Part shown: positions 57,518-64,000 of the stretch, in pieces
Layout: the number at the start of each line of letters is the position of its first letter
Position numbering within the stretch: position 1 is the first letter of the stretch
Source: Octopus vulgaris
Lineage: Eukaryota
DNA: 64,000 nt
NCBI GenBank assembly: GCA_951406725.2
Contig: OX597840.1
Location: 23,498,001 to 23,562,000 of the forward strand
Direction of reading: 5' to 3'
The notes under the pieces: generated by a model
Told to the model about the DNA's origin: nothing
Databases searched by the model: none
The model's input: the letters and a program-made list of their open reading frames with translations, nothing else
Program-made: the position numbers and the translations under genes

Positions 57518-60108
57518 CTTGATGAAATCACACCATCATTGGCTGGGTCCAAATTATTCAGCAAACTGGATGTCAGTAATGGGTACTGGAATGTAAAGAT
57601 GGACAAAGAGTCATCCTTGCTCACTACCTTCAACACACCATTTGGCAGATATCGATTCAACCGACTCCCATTTGGATTGAAGGTGAACCAAGATGTTTTC
57701 CAGCGCCAAATAGATGAGACCTACCAAGGCTGCAAGGGAGCAATTGGAATAGCAGATGACATCCTAGTGCAAGGCAAGGATGAAACCATACATGACTTCA
57801 ATTTACATGAAGCTATGGAAAAACCCGACAAGCAGGCATCAAACTCAATGCGGACAAGTGTGTGATCAAAGCAAAGGAGTGCAAATTCTTTGGAATTATA
57901 TACTCTGCAGAGGGAGTGAAACCAGACCCGCTAAAGTGGAAGCCATCAGAGACATTAAAGAACCTAAAGACAAGAAGGAACTCAGGAGCTTCCAGGGACT
58001 CATTCACTACATGGGAGCCTTCATACCCAAGCTGGCCGATCACACTGCAAATCTCCGAGAACTAAACAAAGATGACGTAGAGTTTGATTGGTGTGCTTCA
58101 CACACACAGGATTTCGAAGCAATCAAAAAGCTCATCAGTAAAGAGGCAACTCTGCAATACTATGACAGACGCAAACCAGTAACACTCCAAGTCGATGCTT
58201 CTATGAGAGGAGTTGGCCCAGTACTGATACAGAAAGGCAAACCCATTGCATATGCCTCGAAAGCTCTCTCACCCACAGAGACAAGGTACGCAAATATTGA
58301 AAGGGAACTCCTGGCAATAGTATATGGATGTGAAAAGAACCATACATACCTGTATGGCAGACATTTCATTATTGAAACAGACCATCGCCCGCTAGAACAA
58401 ATACATAGAAAAAACCTGACGAAAGCACCAGCCAGACTGCAAAGATTACTGTTAAGGCTTCAAACATACGACTATGATATCAGGTACAAGCCAGGAAAAG
58501 ACCTGATATTGGCGGATGTTCTTTCCAGACTATCCTCACATGATAAACAGGAGATGGAAGGACTAAGCATAAAGGTCCACCACATTGTAAATGTAATGAC
58601 TACAAAGCTAGCAGAAATCAAAGATGAAGAACATCAGCTCCTTACTCAGATGGTGATTCAGGGGTGGCCAGAAAAGAGACATCAGGTGCAGCCCCTCGTT
58701 CATGAATGTTGGCCCATCCATGATGATATATCAGTGGAGAATGGAATCCTGATGGCTTGATCCCGAATAATCATACCCAAGTCAATGCAAAAAGAGATTC
58801 TTGACAAGATCCACCAAGAGCATCTAGGAATGGAGAAATGCAAGCTCCAAGCCAAGTCAGCAGTATATGGGGTAGGCATGTACAAAGACATAGAAAAGAC
58901 AGTTTCTAGATGCCACATCTGTCAAAAGTACAGAAATTCACAACAAAAGAAGGAAATGATATCTAGTGACATCCCATGAAAGCCATGGCAAACTATTGGA
59001 GTAGATCTGTTCACAGAGGGCCAAGAATGGTATTTGATAATGGCCTGCTACTACTCCAAATTTCCATTTTTGAGAAGAGTGAAAGACCTGAGAGCCAAAA
59101 CAATCACTACAGTGGCTCGAGGACTTCTAGCAGAGCAAGGAATACCAGAGCAGATCATATGTGACAATGGAACCCAGTTCACATCGCAAGAATTCAAAAA
59201 GCTAGCCGATGAGTATGGGTTCAATATTACAACCTCATCTCCACTCTACCCCAAAGGTCATGGGTTTATAGAAAAAAAGGTGCAGACAGTGAAGAGAACA
59301 CTAGTGAAATGCCGAGAGACTAAGGAAGACCCACACCTGGCACTTCTGTCCCTACGAGCGACACCACTGAGAGCTGACATGAAATCCCCAGCAGAATTGC
59401 TGAATGGCAGGAAGTACAAAACTACCCTGCCAACTAAGATCCAACCTCCTATTGACCAGGAAGAGACAAGGGCAAAGTTAGCAGCCACTCGAGAACAATC
59501 ACAGAAATATTACAACAGACATGCACAATACTTACCTGAGATACTTGGAGGACAACATGTGCATACTGAAGATCCCATAACTAAAACATGGATTCCAGCA
59601 CAGGTTGTCAGTAGAGCTGAAACCCCAAGATCGTATATAATAGTAACGGAATCTGGTGGGCAGCTGAGGCGCAACAGAGCCCACATCCGCCCAACACCAA
59701 AGCTGTTGAGGACAACGTGTACAACACCTGCTGCATCAGTGACAACACCCACAGAATCATCATCCCAGTAGGCACCAACCACCCACCAGCAGCCCAACAA
59801 CACACCTGAGACACCGGTGTGAAGCACAAGATCCACCAGAGGGAGAAAGAACATCCTGCCACCGGTTCGATACCCTTAAAGAAAAAAATATACATGAACT
59901 TTCAAAAAACTGCTATGATTAATTTAATTATACTCAATTTGGTTTTCATTTGGTGAATGCATTTGTGGATGACACAAGAGATATATAGGTGTCACTGTGC
60001 TGAATGTAGCGCAGTTCGTGTAACATGGAAAAGTAAATAAACACGTAAAAGAATAACTATGCTTCGTATTGAGTTGTCTATCCCATTAGAACGAAATAAC
60101 ACATAACA
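57518..60108 (+). mobile_element. 5'-truncated Ty3/Gypsy pol (RT, RNase H, integrase) with a possible 3' LTR
   Basis: FSKLD..GYW, RLPFGL, IADD, QVDAS, YANIERELL, TDHRPL, H..HLG..C..C and CDNGTQF, with several frameshifts/stops. LTR-like end AATAAA..TAACA at ~60108. Confidence 0.88.
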
Positions 60109-60739
60109 ATCACTATTATTGTTATCAGCATCAACCCTACCAGATCTTTTCCGTTTGCGGCCACGTGTGGAAATGTTCGAGTGTAGTGAAAGTTTCAGTA
60201 TTTGAGGTATCCCTATAATTTTCCATGCTGAGATCCATCAGTTAATTTGCTTCTTCCACAAAAAAGTTTTTAAAATTTACTGTGGTTTAAAGTTTGATCA
60301 TTCTTACCCATTTAGAAAACAATATTTGGAAGCTGTCATTTTGTTCATGTAAAAAAAGGGGTGTGAAATATCAAATTATTGTGATTTTGTGCTTTTTACA
60401 CGGAAATTCATACGATTCTGCAAATACGTGATATAAAAAACTTAGTTCAATTAAAAAACAAATTACTTTTAACTATGCACTGTCCATTACCATTTCCTCC
60501 ACCACAACCATCATCTCTCTCTGTCTCTTTGTGCCTCAAATTACACCATCAGAACATCACTCTGCTAAAATTATATTGCTAACTTCTCTATATCATCAAC
60601 TTCGACTAATTTTTTTAACCAGGTAATAAATATTATGTTCCCCCTATCACATATCATGTACGCTTCTCTCTGTCCCTCTTTCTATCTTACTCTTTGCTTT
60701 AATATATGGGTGCTTGAAACTCTCAGATAAGAATTGCTG

Positions 60740-61090
60740 GGACTAGTATTCCGTTTGGGATATGCTTTTGAAATGGAAAGAAAGCATGCCCTTTTTTGGA
60801 AACGACTTGTGACTGGAGATGAAAAATGGATTGCATGCTTAATGTTGTGCAAAACTGATCCTGGAGTTTGAAGAAATATCCCCCAAGCAACCAAAGATGA
60901 ATATCCATGGCAACACACCTGTGCTTTGTGTTTGGTGGGATCATAAAGGCATTGTTTATTATGACCTTCTCCCATAAAACCAGACCATTAATTCTGATGT
61001 GTTCTGTCGTCAACTGGCTAATTTGAACCAAAATATATCAAAGAACAGAAAAGAATTAGTCTTCCAACAAGACAATGCCCAGCCATTGTC
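60740..61090 (+). mobile_element. Mariner transposase remnant
   Basis: KRLVTGDEKWI, LCVWWDHKGIVYYDLL, QTINSDVFCRQL and FQQDNA. Confidence 0.8.
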
Positions 61091-62936
61091 AAAAAGAAAG
61101 GATTCACCCTATCTCCCTCATATTCCTTAGTGTTCATTGTTATGTCGTATGTTTTTTAAACCAATATTCTTTCATCAGATGCATTCTTAATTGAATTCCT
61201 CTCTTTTTGCTTTGCATCTTGTACAGATTTAAGTCTTTAATTTTATAAATATATATTTATATAATCTTTTAGCTGTTTATCCATTATCCAAAAACAAAAG
61301 GTCCCGGTCACTAGTCATGGCCTCGGTGTCTAGTGAGGCAATGGATTGGGTTATTCCTGAAACCAAAACACTCTAAAGTGTAGCCTGTATTGTGTCTGCA
61401 TCAAAAGATAGTTGCTCATCTGCTATTCACTGAAAACTGAAGGAAATTGGAATACGGTAATTACTTAATATACTTTATGCACAATTTTATAGACACAGCA
61501 CTCATAAAATAAATATTCGCTCATATTTTCCCAGTTTTCTCATTAACAGAAAAAAATTACATTTTAAAATTTACATGGGCACAATTTCTTATCTAAAACA
61601 CGAGAAGTGTATACTAAAAAAATTACCTTATATGTAAAATATAGGGGTCACAATTTAATGTAACATGGCTTACTTTGAAAACCACACCAGTTGTAACTTG
61701 TAAGCCAAGGTGATGGGTCAGAGAGCCAATACACATTTCAATTTGTAGGTGTTGTAAAAGAACTTTGTTCAAGTAAAAAAATAATATTACTTTTCACTTT
61801 GTATTCACCATCACAACCACCACCATCATCTGTCTCTCTCTCTACCTTTCTTTAATCTCTCCATCAGAACATTACCCACCTTCTAAAATTATATTACACG
61901 TACATTATTTTTGTGGGAGGTTTGGATAATATTTTTTGCAAGGTAATTACAAATCACATAAGGAGACTGGAGAAAAGTTTGGTATTATTTATTCAGCATT
62001 ACATGTGTTTCATTTCCTAATAGGAATCAAAAACTTTTACACGTAGAGAAAACATGTAAGATGTTTCCTATAAGAAATTTTTCAGACATACATGTGTCTG
62101 TATGCGTGTGTACCCTTGTCCAGATATTATGTGATGTTCGTAACGGGCCATCATACTTGTACAGTTGTTCACTTCCAGTCATCTGCGTAAAATATGTCTC
62201 ACCAGGGAAAATATTTCCTTGCTTGGAAACAGGTGAAAATTGGTCACAAGAAAGGTACCCAGATGTAGAAAATCTGCATCAATGAATTCCATCTGATCCA
62301 CAGAAGCATGAATAGGAGAATTTTAATTGATGAGGATCATCATCATCGTGGTTCCTCTTCTGTATGAATGCATTTACATTTCAATCATTGATCATTTTCG
62401 TAGATTGATTTAGCACAAATAGCTTAGGTTACAGTTATATCTTTCATATTAATAGGACTGTGTACAAACAATTCACCATTTTCAAAGAATGATTCAGGTT
62501 TAACATCATAGTGATATTTTTTCCTTCCTCTGTCAATACTCTTTTGATTCAATAATGGATGATTTCATGTCAAAGATTTACCATAGATGTCACATTCATA
62601 TAGTTTCTATATTGTGTGGCTGTCTTCATGAGATACGTCCTTTGTCCTTCTGAGGAAATGTTATACAACAAATATCACTGTGTTATGGACCCACTTCATA
62701 AGGAAAGACTTCTGTTTAAATCAGGAATGATTTTGTGTAAATGATTTGCCACAGATATCACTGTGAATTGATTTTTCTTGAGTGTGAATGCATTTGTGTA
62801 TAGTCAAGTGACTGTTTGCAGAGAATGTCTTATCACAGCTATCACAGGGGTATGGTTTCTACCCTGTATGAATACGGTTGTGGTGAGTTAAGCCACTGTT
62901 CTGAGAGAAAGATTTACCACAGATATTACAAGGTTA

Positions 62937-63110
<174 letters not shown>

Positions 63111-64000
63111 TCATGTATGAATCCATTTGTGAGTAGTTAAGCTACCGCTATAAGAGAATGATCTTCCACAGATATCACAGGAATATGGTTTCTCTATTGT
63201 ATGGATACGCTTGTGTTGAGTTAAGCCACTGTCCTGAGAGAATGACTTACCACAGATATCACAAGAATATGGACTCTCTCCTGTATGGATACGTACGTGT
63301 TGAGTTAAGCTACTGCCACTAGATAATGATTTACCACAGATATCACAATGATATGGTTTCTCTCCTGTATGAACACGTTTGTGGTTAGTTAAGTTACCAC
63401 TTTGATAGAATGATTTACCACAGATATCACAGGTATATGGTTTCTCTCCTGTATGAACACGTTTGTGGTTAGTTAAGTTACCACTTTGATAGAATGATTT
63501 ACCACAGATATCACAGTTATATGTTTTGTCCACTGTATGAATACGAATGTGAAGAGCTAAGCTATGATAACGAGAGAATGATTTACCACAGATATCACAG
63601 CAATATGGTTTCTCCCCTGTATGAATACCTTTGTGCTGAGTTAAGTTACTGCCATTAGAGAATGATTTACCACAGATATCACAGTGATATGGTTTCTCTC
63701 CTGTATGAACCCATTTGTGAGTAGTTAAGCCACTGCTTTGAGAGAATGATGTACCACAGATATCACAGGAATATGGTTTCTCTCCTGTATGAATACGTTT
63801 GTGTTGAGTTAAACCACTGTCCTGAGAAAATGACTTACCACAGATATCACAGTGGTATGGTTTCTCCCCTGTATGAATACGTTTGTGCTTAGTTAAGCTA
63901 TCGCTTCGAGAGAATGATTTATCACAGATATCACAAGTATATGGTTGTTCCCCTGCATGAATTTGTTTGTGTTGATTGAATTTACTTTCTTCTAAGAATG
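63111..64000 (-). CDS. C2H2 zinc-finger protein, subfamily B (start lies beyond the window)
   Basis: Frame open from the window edge ([20 protein letters not shown], paralog of the 53638 gene) to TGA at 63111 (GGA>TGA). Frameshifted fingers continue to ~62720. Confidence 0.88.
   Translation of the reverse strand, partial: FLEESKFNQHKQIHAGEQPYTCDICDKSFSRSDSLTKHKRIHTGEKPYHCDICGKSFSQDSGLTQHKRIHTGEKPYSCDICGTSFSQSSGLTTHKWVHTGEKPYHCDICGKSFSNGSNLTQHKGIHTGEKPYCCDICGKSFSRYHSLALHIRIHTVDKTYNCDICGKSFYQSGNLTNHKRVHTGEKPYTCDICGKSFYQSGNLTNHKRVHTGEKPYHCDICGKSLSSGSSLTQHVRIHTGESPYSCDICGKSFSQDSGLTQHKRIHTIEKPYSCDICGRSFSYSGSLTTHKWIHT

Overview
AT-rich, repeat-dense animal DNA, very probably an octopus (coleoid cephalopod) C2H2 zinc-finger gene cluster. 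The species is inferred from the effector-less [15 protein letters not shown] arrays and the SINE/LINE repertoire. Eight finger-array genes or pseudogenes from two subfamilies lie in tandem, head-to-head and tail-to-tail. Subfamily A starts MNPQEM (ATGs 6594+, 9902+, 24998-, 28351-, plus a headless copy at ~15040+). Subfamily B starts M(T/S)EELG (39844+, 53638-, and one running off the window at 64000-). Between them are a near-complete GC-rich Ty3/Gypsy element (32578-36788), a 1019-codon RTE LINE ORF with an internal PHD finger, decayed Gypsy, CR1, RTE, Penelope, Helitron, Merlin and Tc1/mariner copies, SINEs, MITEs and (TA)n tracts. Four observations stand out. (1) The Gypsy primer-binding site is the exact complement of the 5' end (nt 1-12) of tRNA-Phe rather than a tRNA 3' CCA end, which suggests an unusual priming mechanism. 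(2) A TA-flanked TIR element has captured a neighbouring zinc finger and a Gypsy fragment. (3) The Gypsy landed between two inverted ZNF promoter/first-exon modules. (4) An AGAGTnnnYTCCCTT motif recurs upstream of the ZNF genes. Coordinates of decayed repeats are approximate and were read by eye.
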